The notes under the pieces are model-generated. The model was not told the origin of the DNA. It made no database searches and saw nothing but the letters and a program-made list of their open reading frames with translations. Positions 8,417-17,160 of a stretch of DNA of 30,062 bases are shown piece after piece; positions within the stretch are counted from its first letter, which is position 1; the number at the start of each line of letters is the position of its first letter. The DNA comes from Candidatus Methylomirabilota bacterium (lineage in GTDB: Bacteria; Methylomirabilota; Methylomirabilia; Rokubacteriales; CSP1-6): contig JBKPAK010000016.1 of the NCBI GenBank assembly GCA_046726415.1, forward strand, positions 1 to 30,062. The letters are read 5' to 3'. The position numbers and the translations under genes are program-made.

Positions 8417-9090
8417 GACTCCCTCCTTTTCGGGGATGACGAGATCTCGATGAGCTCCCCCAGCGCGTGGGCAATGCGCTGAAGGGGCTCGCGGAGCCTT
8501 GCTGGGTCACTTGGAACCGCGGGGATGGCGGGTTTGTTCCCTGGGACGGGATTGGCCGCCACCGGAGCTGTCGGGCCTTTGGCCAGACTCTCTGCGTCGT
8601 CGAAGGCCAGGCGTACGGCGACAGAGATCGTGGGCGCCCGCCGGGAGACGGCGTAGTCGATGAGGTTGTAATAGCGCCAGATGGCTTCCAGGAAGAGGCG
8701 ACCGGCGGCCGCCCGTGCCTCGGCACTCGTTGCAACGGCGCTCACCTGGTGCTGAGCCTCGAGGGCGAGGCTGCGCCCCAGCGCGGCCAGGAAGACCATC
8801 AGTGTCCGCTCGACCTCCTGCGCGTCGCCAGCGTCCAGCCCGGCGCGTGTCGCCGCTTCGAGACCCGTCGGAAGCCGGGCCGCGTGCTCGCGCATCTCCC
8901 GCCGCACCGCCCCGTCGTCGAACAGGCGGCGGGCCACGTCGAACTTGCGCGCCTCCACCGAAAACTTGATCTGCTTGAAGTTGGTGGTGATCTCGTTGTC
9001 GCGCGGCGTGTAGGTACCGAGATGATGCGCCTCGGCGGCGGGGAAGAGACCGGTGAGGGCGAGGCTGAGGAGGGCACCGGCCAGCCTCAT
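8413..9090 (-). CDS. Exported hypothetical helical protein with predicted mature N-terminus His-His
   Basis: ATG 9090 overlaps the upstream stop (ATGA); MRLAGALLSLALTGLFPAAEA|HHLGTYTPRDNEI; its stop overlaps the SBP start. The track's extension to 9660 overlaps another gene. Confidence 0.8.
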   Translation of the reverse strand: MRLAGALLSLALTGLFPAAEAHHLGTYTPRDNEITTNFKQIKFSVEARKFDVARRLFDDGAVRREMREHAARLPTGLEAATRAGLDAGDAQEVERTLMVFLAALGRSLALEAQHQVSAVATSAEARAAAGRLFLEAIWRYYNLIDYAVSRRAPTISVAVRLAFDDAESLAKGPTAPVAANPVPGNKPAIPAVPSDPARLREPLQRIAHALGELIEISSSPKRRES

Positions 9091-9638
9091 GATCGCCGCA
9101 GACGGAGGGCGAGCACACCGACCAGCCACCACAAGGCCACGATCGTCGTGCCTCCGAAAGGGATCCATACCAACCATTCCGCGATGACCTTCGCCCGGGA
9201 GAGCCCGAGCACGGGGATCAGACCGCTCCACAGTAAGTAGCCGAGAGGATACCCCGCCCCCCCAACGGTGAAAAGGACGATGAGGATCGTGCGCACCCCT
9301 GGGGACACGACGAGCGTCGCCACCACCGTGGTGGTGACGATGATCACCAACCCCATGCCTTCGGCGTGCAGGTGGAAGAGGCGGAGGCCGGCGTCGACCT
9401 TCACCAGCGCCTCGTCCAGGATCCGCTCGTCGACGTCGCGGACGCCGACCAGGCCGTGAACCGACGGCCGTGCCAGCATGAGACTGCGCGCCCAGCGGGC
9501 AATCTCCAGCTTGAAGCGAGCCATGGAGGCCCCACCCACCTCGGCGCAGAGGATGAGGAGGACGGCCACGAGCAGGGCCCACGGCGGAGAGAGCCGCCAG
9601 GATCGCGCGGCGTCGGCCGGGTTGGGGGATTCCCTCAC
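9087..9638 (-). CDS. Hypothetical ~4-TM membrane protein, FHxHAEGMG family, paralog B
   Basis: Four hydrophobic segments; motifs EVGGASM, HGLVG, DAGLRLFHLHAEGMGLV, YPLGYL; GTGA overlap with the upstream stop. Confidence 0.85.
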   Translation of the reverse strand: MRESPNPADAARSWRLSPPWALLVAVLLILCAEVGGASMARFKLEIARWARSLMLARPSVHGLVGVRDVDERILDEALVKVDAGLRLFHLHAEGMGLVIIVTTTVVATLVVSPGVRTILIVLFTVGGAGYPLGYLLWSGLIPVLGLSRAKVIAEWLVWIPFGGTTIVALWWLVGVLALRLRRS

Positions 9639-10162
9639 CCGGATGCGGTTCCCCGCCCACGGCGCACGGCGCCGACGAGCACCAGAGCGAGCCCCGCCAG
9701 CCCGGCCATGGCCGAGATACCGAGCGGGCTGAGCACCCAGCGCTCGGCCCGCTCGATGCCGCCCTCGCGCCCGAACTCGAGCACGGCGATCGCGTATGCG
9801 AGATAGCCCAGGGGAAAGAGGGCGCCCAGGGTGAGAAGAACGTAGAGCAGCCCGCGGATCGCCCGTCCTGGAACCACGCTGGCTACCAAGGTGCTCGCGA
9901 CAAACAGGACCAGGCCCATCCCTTCCGCATGGGTGTGGAAGAACGACAGGCCAGCCTCGGCGGCATACGTCGCACGCTCCCGCACCTCGTCGTCGTATTC
10001 GGCCGAGCCGGAGAGCCCGTGCGCGTCGCGATTCGCCGCGATGCGCATCGCGGCGTACCGCTCGATTGCTGGCCGGAGCTGCGACATTGCCGCCCCGCCA
10101 GTCTCACCGAGGGCGAGGATTGCCACGGCGACCAGCACGACCATCAGCGGGGGCCGATTCAC
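9635..10162 (-). CDS. Hypothetical ~4-TM membrane protein, FHxHAEGMG family, paralog A
   Basis: Motifs ETGGAAM, HGLSG, EAGLSFFHTHAEGMGLV, FPLGYL; GGAGG 10 nt upstream of the GTG. Confidence 0.85.
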   Translation of the reverse strand: MNRPPLMVVLVAVAILALGETGGAAMSQLRPAIERYAAMRIAANRDAHGLSGSAEYDDEVRERATYAAEAGLSFFHTHAEGMGLVLFVASTLVASVVPGRAIRGLLYVLLTLGALFPLGYLAYAIAVLEFGREGGIERAERWVLSPLGISAMAGLAGLALVLVGAVRRGRGTASG

Positions 10163-10194
10163 TCGGAACGCGCCTCCAGGCGCAAGGCTACGGA

Positions 10195-10223
10195 AGCCTA
10201 CCAGCCTCCCCGACCCCTGTCAT
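10195..10223 (-). promoter_or_regulatory. Putative sigma70-type promoter for the 10162-3888 operon
   Basis: Minus strand ATGACA-N17-TAGGCT with an extended -10 TG (tgG TAGGCT), 32 nt upstream of GTG 10162. Confidence 0.5.
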
Positions 10224-10260
10224 CTGCTCGCGCGGGCCGAACGGCCTCACCGCCAGGGCT

Positions 10261-10650
10261 TCATGAGGGGGCCCGGCGCATGGTTCGAGCACCCTGGGTG
10301 GGCTGGCCGTCGCCACCGTCATCTCCGGGTGGGCGATCGCCAAGTCGCGCGCGATTGGCGCCCATGGAACATCCGCCGAGGTGCACCGCGCCGAGCTCGA
10401 GGTGCCGCCGGAGCTGGTAGAGATCCTCGACCAGGAGGTCCTGGGAGTAGTCGGCGGCGGCCTTGGGCACGCTCGACGGCGGATAGCCTCGGTGGTTGTA
10501 GGTCACGATGCGATGGCGGCGCGCGAAAAAGCGGACCTGCGGCTCCCACGAGCGATGGTCGCCGCCAAACTCGTGGCTCCACACGAGCGGCGTGCCCTCG
10601 CCCGTCACCTCGTGGTAGAGATCGACTCCGTTGACGCGCGCGATCGCCAT
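10261..10650 (-). pseudogene. Truncated alpha/beta hydrolase
   Basis: GEGTPLVWSHEFGGD, YNHRGY, nucleophile elbow GCSMG; frameshift immediately after GAN (alternative frame continues ARDLAIAHPEMT), then family-like sequence stops, so the catalytic acid and His are absent. Confidence 0.8.
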
Positions 10651-10701
10651 GGCGAACCCTCCCGCGGCATTCTACTGCGCGAGCGACTACCCTCTACGGG
10701 G

Positions 10702-12120
10702 ATGACCCGGCGCACCGACCTTCTGCTCCTCGTCAACGCGATGCTCGGGCAGTTCATCTCCGGCTTCGCGGCGCGCATGTTCGTCGTCTCGCTCCCGACG
10801 ATCGCCGGAGCCTTGCACGCCGATATCCTCGCCATCTCGTGGGCGATCATCGCCTACCAGCTTGCCGGGATCAGTCTCTCCGTCGTGTTCGGCCGCCTCG
10901 GCGACATCCACGGACGACACGCGATCTACGGTGGGGGGTTCGTCATCATGACGGCGAGCTCGTTGCTCTGCGGGTTCGCCACGAGCGCGCCGTGGCTCAT
11001 CGTCTTCCGGTTCGTGCAGGGAATCGGCGCGGCCATGCTCGCATCGGCGACACGCGTGCTGGCGATGGAGGCCATGCCGGAAAACGCCGCGGGCAAGGCC
11101 AACGCCCTCATGACCATGTCCTTTCACGGGGGCGTGCTCCTCGGCCCTCCGCTCGGCGGCCTGATCATCGACCTGGTGGGCTGGCGGTGGACCTTCTTCC
11201 TGCTCGTTCCCATCGGAGTTGCCGGCACCGTTCTGACGGTGCTGAAGGCCCGGGAGCATCCGCCGGCGCCGATTGCACCGGCGCCAGCGATCGACTACGG
11301 CGGCGCTTCGCTACTCGTCGTGCTGACGGTCGTGCTTACCCTGCTCCTCGACCGGCGGAGCGCCGAGATGATCGGGCTCGGCCAGACGGGGGTCATGGCG
11401 CTCCTGTTCGCCGCCACCCTCGGCGGCTTTGTCATTCACGAGCGGCGCGCGCGCCATCCTGTCGTGAACTTCGCCCTTTTCAAGATCCGGATGTTCACCT
11501 TCAGCGTCCTGAGCCTGCTCGTCATCGCCACGAGCAACAGCATCCTCACGTTCCTGCTGCCGTTCTACATGCAGGACGTGCTCCACCAGTCGCCGTCGTT
11601 CATGGGGCTCATCTTCCTCTCGGCGCCGGTCTTCACGGTGACGCTGGCCGCCGTGGCCGGTCAGATCACGGACCGCGTCGGTCCCAGGATTCCCGCGTCG
11701 ATCGGCGTGCTGATGAGCGCGGCCGCGTTTCTGGTGGGGATGTTCCTGAGGGTCGACTCGCCCTGGATGCTACCGGCCGTCCTCATGGCGTTCACCGGGC
11801 TCGGCCAGGCCTTCTTCAACACGCCCAACCAGACCGCAATCATCGCCTCGGTGCCGCGCGAGTACCGCGGTTTCGCCACGGGCATGGTGCAGATGGTCTT
11901 CGGGCTGGGCTCGCTACTCGGGATCTCGCTCGCCGGCGTGCTGCTGACCGTGGCCTTCCGGTACGCCTCGGGGCTCCCCGAGGCCACCCCCAGCGCGGAG
12001 CATTCGCTGCCATTCGTCGCCGCGATGAACGCGACCTGTGCGGTGTGCGTCGCGCTCACGGGCGTCGCCTTCGTGGCTTCGCTGATGCGAGGTGGCAGGA
12101 AGGTCGGAACGCCCCCCTGA
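10702..12120 (+). CDS. MFS transporter, DHA2/EmrB-like drug:H+ antiporter
   Basis: VSLPTIA, motif A GRLGDIHGRH, FRFVQGIGAA, motif C GVLLGPPLGG; about 14 TM segments; the track's extension to 10381 is antisense to the hydrolase. Confidence 0.92.
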   Translation: MTRRTDLLLLVNAMLGQFISGFAARMFVVSLPTIAGALHADILAISWAIIAYQLAGISLSVVFGRLGDIHGRHAIYGGGFVIMTASSLLCGFATSAPWLIVFRFVQGIGAAMLASATRVLAMEAMPENAAGKANALMTMSFHGGVLLGPPLGGLIIDLVGWRWTFFLLVPIGVAGTVLTVLKAREHPPAPIAPAPAIDYGGASLLVVLTVVLTLLLDRRSAEMIGLGQTGVMALLFAATLGGFVIHERRARHPVVNFALFKIRMFTFSVLSLLVIATSNSILTFLLPFYMQDVLHQSPSFMGLIFLSAPVFTVTLAAVAGQITDRVGPRIPASIGVLMSAAAFLVGMFLRVDSPWMLPAVLMAFTGLGQAFFNTPNQTAIIASVPREYRGFATGMVQMVFGLGSLLGISLAGVLLTVAFRYASGLPEATPSAEHSLPFVAAMNATCAVCVALTGVAFVASLMRGGRKVGTPP

Positions 12121-12434
12121 CCGTGCGCGGCGCCGGCGGTCGATCGGCCCGCGCGTGGCGCGCGCGAGGTCGGGGCGTTGCGCCGCTCCATTCGCCATCG
12201 TTGCCCTCATCGCCTCATCCGGGCCCCAGACGCGCGATCCGATGCACGCCGTGATTCCGCACCCTTCACCGCTGGCCCATGAATGCTCGACCGCGTGTTC
12301 CCCATCTCTGCGCATGTCGTCCTCGCTACCTGCTTGACGTCAAAGACTGACGTGGCGCACCATCGCGAGAACCCGCGGGGGTCCCAGGACCTGGCGTGCT
12401 GGGGCTCCGGTGGCCGAGAACCAGGAGGTGGGCG

Positions 12435-13895
12435 ATGGGGTATCTGAAGAACTCGAAGTCGGCGCGGGTGCGCGCCCGGTTGGATCACCCCGTCGTCGAC
12501 GGCGACGGCCACTGGCTCGAGCCGATCCCGATCTTCCTCGACTACCTCCGCGACCTGGTCGGCCCCTCGGTGGTCGATCAGTTTGTGAAGAAGGCCTCCG
12601 ACACGGCCTGGTACGACCTGCCGCCCGAGGAGCGAACACGCCAGCGGATCCACCGGCCCACCTGGTGGGGCGAGCCGGCCAACACCCTCGACCGGGCCAC
12701 CGCGATGGTGCCCCGGCTCTTCTACGAACGGCTCGACGACTTCGGGATCGACTTCTGCATTCTCTACACCTCCCTCGGCCTTTTCTACGTCTCGAACCCC
12801 GACGAGCAGATCCGACGGGCCGTGTCCCGGGCCGTCAACCGGATGAACGCCGAGATGTTCCGGCCGTTTGCCGAACGCATCACCCCTGCGGCGGTCGTGC
12901 CCATGCACACGCCCGAGGAGGCGATCGAGGAGGCGACGTACGCAGTCCGTGAACTGGGCCTACGCGTGCTCATGATCGCGAACCACGTGCGGCGGCCCGT
13001 GCCCGCCTTTGCGCGTCCCGGGGCGGAGATGAAGGAAATGCGCACGTACGTCGACTCGCTGGCGTTCGAGAGCGCGTACGACTACGATCCCTTCTGGCAG
13101 CGCTGCGCCGATCTCAAGGTCGCCGTAACCGCGCACTCCGGCAGCATGGGGACGCACTGGCGCGAGTCGGTGTGGTCGTTCACCTACAATCACATCGGGC
13201 ATTTCGCCAACGCCAGCCACGCCTTCGCCAAGGCCCTCATCCTGGGCGGCGTCACCCATCGCTTCCCGCAGCTCCGCTTCGCCTTCCTCGAGGGCGGGGT
13301 GGGCTGGGCCTGCAATCTTGTGACCGATCTCGTCGGCCACTGGGAGCGGCGCCGGCGGGAGGCGATCGAGGCTCAGACGAAGCCGACGAACCTCGATCGC
13401 CGGCTCCTCGCGGACCTCTTTCGCGAGTACGGCGGGCGCGCGTACGAGGAGAAGGCTGACGAGATCTTCCGGTGTATCAACATCGCCGAGGCCTTCAAGA
13501 CGCCAGAGGATCTCGCCGAGCGCGCCTACCGCCAAAAGTTCGACGACTTCGCCGAGGTACCCGTCACGTCGGGCGAAGAGCTGCGGGACCACTTCGCCGA
13601 GCGCTTCTACTTCGGCTGTGAGGCCGACGATCCGATCACGGCCTGGGCCTTCGACAAGCACGGCCAGCACCGCCTGCGGCCCATCTTCTCGTCCGACGTC
13701 GGCCATTTCGACGTGGTCGACATGAGCGAGGTGACCGAGGAGGCGTACGAGCTGGTCGAGCACGGGCTCCTCACCGAGGAGGACTTCCGGGATTTCGTGT
13801 TTGCCAACCCGGTGCGTTTGCACACCGCCATGAACCCGGACTTCTTCAAGGGCACGGTGGTGGAGAGCGCGGTGGCCCGCCTCCGTGCGGGCTGA
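12435..13895 (+). CDS. Amidohydrolase family 2 protein
   Basis: SD AGGAGG before ATG 12435; VVDGDGH, YDYDPFW, AHSG, GGVTHRFPQLRFAFLEGGVGW, FSSDVGHFD. Confidence 0.9.
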   Translation: MGYLKNSKSARVRARLDHPVVDGDGHWLEPIPIFLDYLRDLVGPSVVDQFVKKASDTAWYDLPPEERTRQRIHRPTWWGEPANTLDRATAMVPRLFYERLDDFGIDFCILYTSLGLFYVSNPDEQIRRAVSRAVNRMNAEMFRPFAERITPAAVVPMHTPEEAIEEATYAVRELGLRVLMIANHVRRPVPAFARPGAEMKEMRTYVDSLAFESAYDYDPFWQRCADLKVAVTAHSGSMGTHWRESVWSFTYNHIGHFANASHAFAKALILGGVTHRFPQLRFAFLEGGVGWACNLVTDLVGHWERRRREAIEAQTKPTNLDRRLLADLFREYGGRAYEEKADEIFRCINIAEAFKTPEDLAERAYRQKFDDFAEVPVTSGEELRDHFAERFYFGCEADDPITAWAFDKHGQHRLRPIFSSDVGHFDVVDMSEVTEEAYELVEHGLLTEEDFRDFVFANPVRLHTAMNPDFFKGTVVESAVARLRAG

Positions 13896-13907
13896 AGGCC
13901 CCTACCG

Positions 13908-14513
13908 TCAGCGGGTCTCTTCGGCGCGCCTCCGAACCGCCTTGATCGTCTCCACCAGGCCGTCGCGCTCGGCGCTTCGCGTGACGAACGAGGGCAACAC
14001 GGTTCGGGCCGCCATGGCATACGTGAGGAGTACACCCTCGGGGCCGGGCTCGATCTCCCAGTAGCCGACGTTATCCGTGAAAAGGCCATTCGGGCGATCG
14101 GGGGCGAGCCGCCAGCCCAGGCGTCGGCGCGAGACATCCGGAAACGCGTTGATATGAAAGCCGAACGACACGGCGCCGATGCCCACGACGTAGCGGACGA
14201 GATCGGCGCCCGTGCTCGACTCGAGCACCTCGGCCCCGATGACGCGGGGGTAAAGACCGGCATGGCCGCGGTAGTCCACGATGATCCGCCACACGGTCTC
14301 CGGCGATGCGTTGACGCGGGCCACCGCCGTCCCGCCCTGGCTCGAGCGCGAAGCCCCCGGCGGCAAAGCCTCGAGGACGACGACGGCTCCACGCTCGAGA
14401 TTGCGCTGCTGGTCGTTCGTCAGGGGCAGAGGCCCCGCCCGGGCGGGACCGGGCGCAGCCAGGACGAACAGGAGAAGCGATGCGATGAGACCGCGCAGGC
14501 GAGGGGTGTTCAC
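13908..14513 (-). CDS. Exported SRPBCC/START (polyketide cyclase-like) domain protein
   Basis: Signal peptide ending PARA; VNASPETVWRIIVDY...YPRV, later GYWEIEP, C-terminal amphipathic helix. Confidence 0.8.
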   Translation of the reverse strand: MNTPRLRGLIASLLLFVLAAPGPARAGPLPLTNDQQRNLERGAVVVLEALPPGASRSSQGGTAVARVNASPETVWRIIVDYRGHAGLYPRVIGAEVLESSTGADLVRYVVGIGAVSFGFHINAFPDVSRRRLGWRLAPDRPNGLFTDNVGYWEIEPGPEGVLLTYAMAARTVLPSFVTRSAERDGLVETIKAVRRRAEETR

Positions 14514-14555
14514 CCGTGCATAGTCTCACACGCTCGGCGCGCATGCCTTGAACGG

Positions 14556-14684
14556 GCTGGCCTCCTCGCAGGCTGCCCGGCCCAGCTCGCCGCCTCCTCG
14601 TTGCCACGCGTGGTGGCCTTCCTGCCCGAGCTGCGCAAGACGGCGTCGGGCAAGGTCCAGGGCTTCCTCCTCGGAGCCGGCTGA
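14556..14684 (+). pseudogene. C-terminal relic of acyl-CoA synthetase (AMP-binding C domain)
   Basis: LLAGCPAQLAASSLPRVVAFLPELRKTASGKVQGFLLGAG*; KTASGKV matches the A10 motif of the intact ligase at 24696-26234 (PKTASGKV). The stop lies 4 nt before the Mo-subunit ATG. Confidence 0.7.
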
Positions 14685-14688
14685 GCCG

Positions 14689-17091
14689 ATGGCACTGATC
14701 GGCGCGCGCGTGCCGCGGGTCGAGGACGCGCGCTTCCTCGGGGGCCACGGCCGCTACGTGGCCGATCTCACCCGCCCGGGCCTCCTTCACGTGGCGTTCG
14801 TGCGGAGCCCGCATGCCCATGCCCTCATCCGCGGAATTGATGCCACGCGGGCTCGTGCGCGTGCCGGCGTGATCGCCTGCGTGACCGGCCAGGAGCTGGC
14901 CCGCCACCTGCCTCCGGTCCGCGCGGAGTCGCGGATGCGTGGCTATCGCGTCACGGACTACCCGGCGCTCGCTCATGAGAAGGTGCGATTCGCCGGAGAA
15001 GCCGTCGCCGCCGTGGTCGCCGAGAGCCGCTATCGCGCCGAGGACGCCGCCGAGGACGTCGACGTCGACTGGGAGCCACTCGACGTGGTCCACGATGCCG
15101 AGGCCGCCCTGAGCGAGGGAAGCCGGCTCGTCCACGAGGCGGCGGGAACCAACGGGCTCGTGGCACGGACGTTCACCCACGGCGAGGTGGATGCTGCGCT
15201 GGCGTCGGCATCGCTGGTGGTCGGCGACCGCTTCCGCTTCAACCGCCACGCGGGAGTCGCCATCGAGAATCGCTCGTGCCTCGCCGAGTGGGACCCGGGT
15301 GCGCGGACGCTTGCGCTGTGGTCGTCGACGCAGGTGCCCGGGCTCCTGCGCGATCTGCTGGCCGAGCTGCTGGGCCTATCGACCCACGCCTTGCGCGTGG
15401 TGGCGCCCGATGTCGGCGGGGGATTTGGCGTCAAAAGCGCGCTATACCCCGAGGAGATCGTGGTCTGCGCTCTCGCGCGGCGACTGGGGCGGGCCATCAA
15501 GTGGGTGGGCGACCGCCGCGAGGACTTGCTCACCACCACGCAGGCGTGGGACGAGGTCATCCACGCCGAGCTGGGTCTGCATCCAGATGGAACTATCGCT
15601 GGTATGCGGGCGCGGGTGGTCGCCGACCTCGGGGCCTACTCGATCTATCCGTGGACGGCCAGCATCGAGGTGATCCAGGTCATCAGCTTTCTGCCCGGGC
15701 CCTACCGCGTGCCGCACTACCGCGGCGAGGGCATCGGCGTGTCCACCAACAAGGCTCCCATGGGCCCGTACCGGGGTGTCGGGCGGCCGGTGTCGGCCTT
15801 CGTGACGGAGTCACTCCTCGACCGCGCGGCTCGCCGATTGGGTCTGGATCCGGTGGAGATCCGGCGCCGCAACATGATCCGGCCCGAGGAGTGTCCCTAT
15901 CGCTCGCCGTCCGGTGTGGTGTGGGATACCGCGACCTTCCAGGAAACGCTGGAGATCGCGTGCGTGAAGGCCGACTACCAGGCGCTGCGCGCGGAGCAGG
16001 CAGACGCGCGCGCGGCGGGCCGCCACCTGGGAATAGGCCTCGCGTCCTACGTCGAGCTGACCGGTGTCGGATCGGCCATCCCCGTCTCCCCGGGATCGAC
16101 GGTGGTGACCGGCACCGAGGGCGTGACCCTGCGCGTGGACCCCGGTGGCACGGTCACCGCAGCGTTCGGCCTCGCCTGCCACGGCCAGGGCCACGAGACC
16201 AGCCTGGCCCAGGTCGTCGCGGAGGAGCTCGGTGTGCGCATGGGCGACGTGCGGGTGGTACATGGCGACACTGCCGCGTCACCGTCGGGTACCGGCTCCT
16301 ATGCGAGTCGCAGTGCGGTGCTGGGCGGCGGCGCGGCGATTCTCGCCAGCCGGGCCCTGCGCGCGAAGATCGTGAAGATCGCCGCGCATCAGTTGGAGGC
16401 CTCGGTGGACGATCTGGAGCTGGCCGACGGGCGCATCTCGGTGCGCGGGGCGAGCGACCGCACCGTGACCCTGCGCGACATCGCGCGGGCCGCGTACAGT
16501 GGCACGCGACGCCTCCCCAAGGGCATGGAGCCGGGGCTCGAGGCCACGCACTTCTACGACCCATACTTCGGCACGGCGTCCAATGCCACGCACGTGGCGG
16601 TGGTCGAGATCGATCCGTCCACGTGCGCGGTGAGGGTGCGCAAGTTGGTGGTGGTCGAGGACTGCGGCCGCATCATCAACCCGCTCATCGTGGAAGGACA
16701 GACCGTCGGCGGGGTGGCCCAGGGCGTAGGGGCGGCGCTGCTCGAGGAGTTAGTCTACGGGCCCAATGGGCAGCTTCTGACCAGCAGCCTCATGGACTAT
16801 CTGGTCCCCACCGCAGTCGAAGTGCCGCGCGTCGAGGTCCAGCATCTGGATCGCCCGTCGCCCACCACCGTGGGCGGGTTCAAGGGCGCGGGCGAAGGCG
16901 GTACGATCGGCGCGCCGGCGGCGATCGCCAACGCCATCGCCGACGCCCTGGCCCCCCTGGGCGTCGAGATCAACGAACTGCCCGTCACGCCGGAGCGGTT
17001 GTTTCGGCGGCTCGCGGAACGGCCAGGATCGAAAGGGCGAGACATGGTCGGCGAGGCAGGAACGCCCGATGCGTCTACCACTGGGCGGTGA
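14689..17091 (+). CDS. Xanthine dehydrogenase family molybdopterin-binding large subunit (CoxL/CutL-like, not form I CODH)
   Basis: IGARVPRVEDARFLGGHGRYVAD, VRSPHAHA, DVGGGFGVK, active-site loop PYRGVGR, GQGHET, SYASRS, KGAGEGG. Confidence 0.93.
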   Translation: MALIGARVPRVEDARFLGGHGRYVADLTRPGLLHVAFVRSPHAHALIRGIDATRARARAGVIACVTGQELARHLPPVRAESRMRGYRVTDYPALAHEKVRFAGEAVAAVVAESRYRAEDAAEDVDVDWEPLDVVHDAEAALSEGSRLVHEAAGTNGLVARTFTHGEVDAALASASLVVGDRFRFNRHAGVAIENRSCLAEWDPGARTLALWSSTQVPGLLRDLLAELLGLSTHALRVVAPDVGGGFGVKSALYPEEIVVCALARRLGRAIKWVGDRREDLLTTTQAWDEVIHAELGLHPDGTIAGMRARVVADLGAYSIYPWTASIEVIQVISFLPGPYRVPHYRGEGIGVSTNKAPMGPYRGVGRPVSAFVTESLLDRAARRLGLDPVEIRRRNMIRPEECPYRSPSGVVWDTATFQETLEIACVKADYQALRAEQADARAAGRHLGIGLASYVELTGVGSAIPVSPGSTVVTGTEGVTLRVDPGGTVTAAFGLACHGQGHETSLAQVVAEELGVRMGDVRVVHGDTAASPSGTGSYASRSAVLGGGAAILASRALRAKIVKIAAHQLEASVDDLELADGRISVRGASDRTVTLRDIARAAYSGTRRLPKGMEPGLEATHFYDPYFGTASNATHVAVVEIDPSTCAVRVRKLVVVEDCGRIINPLIVEGQTVGGVAQGVGAALLEELVYGPNGQLLTSSLMDYLVPTAVEVPRVEVQHLDRPSPTTVGGFKGAGEGGTIGAPAAIANAIADALAPLGVEINELPVTPERLFRRLAERPGSKGRDMVGEAGTPDASTTGR

Positions 17092-17106
17092 GGCGGGAGC
17101 GATGCG

Positions 17107-17160
17107 ATGAATTTGGGACTGGACGGCAAGGTTGCCCTGGTCACCACGAGCAGCGCGAAG
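17107..17160 (+). pseudogene. N-terminal stub of an SDR oxidoreductase
   Basis: MNLGLDGKVALVTTSSAK, 15 nt after the Mo-subunit stop with a GGGAG SD; a typical SDR start that breaks off in the Gly-rich motif at a hairpin element. Confidence 0.65.

Noticed and set aside
8413-9660. 415-aa version of the exported protein
   Set aside because: The extension overlaps paralog B in another frame; the signal peptide begins at ATG 9090.
14689-17091. Aerobic CO dehydrogenase coxL, or hmfA for the downstream operon
   Set aside because: Lacks AYxCSFR and coxS/M; the loop also differs from HmfA as I recall it, and it is separated from the hmfD/E-like genes by unrelated loci.
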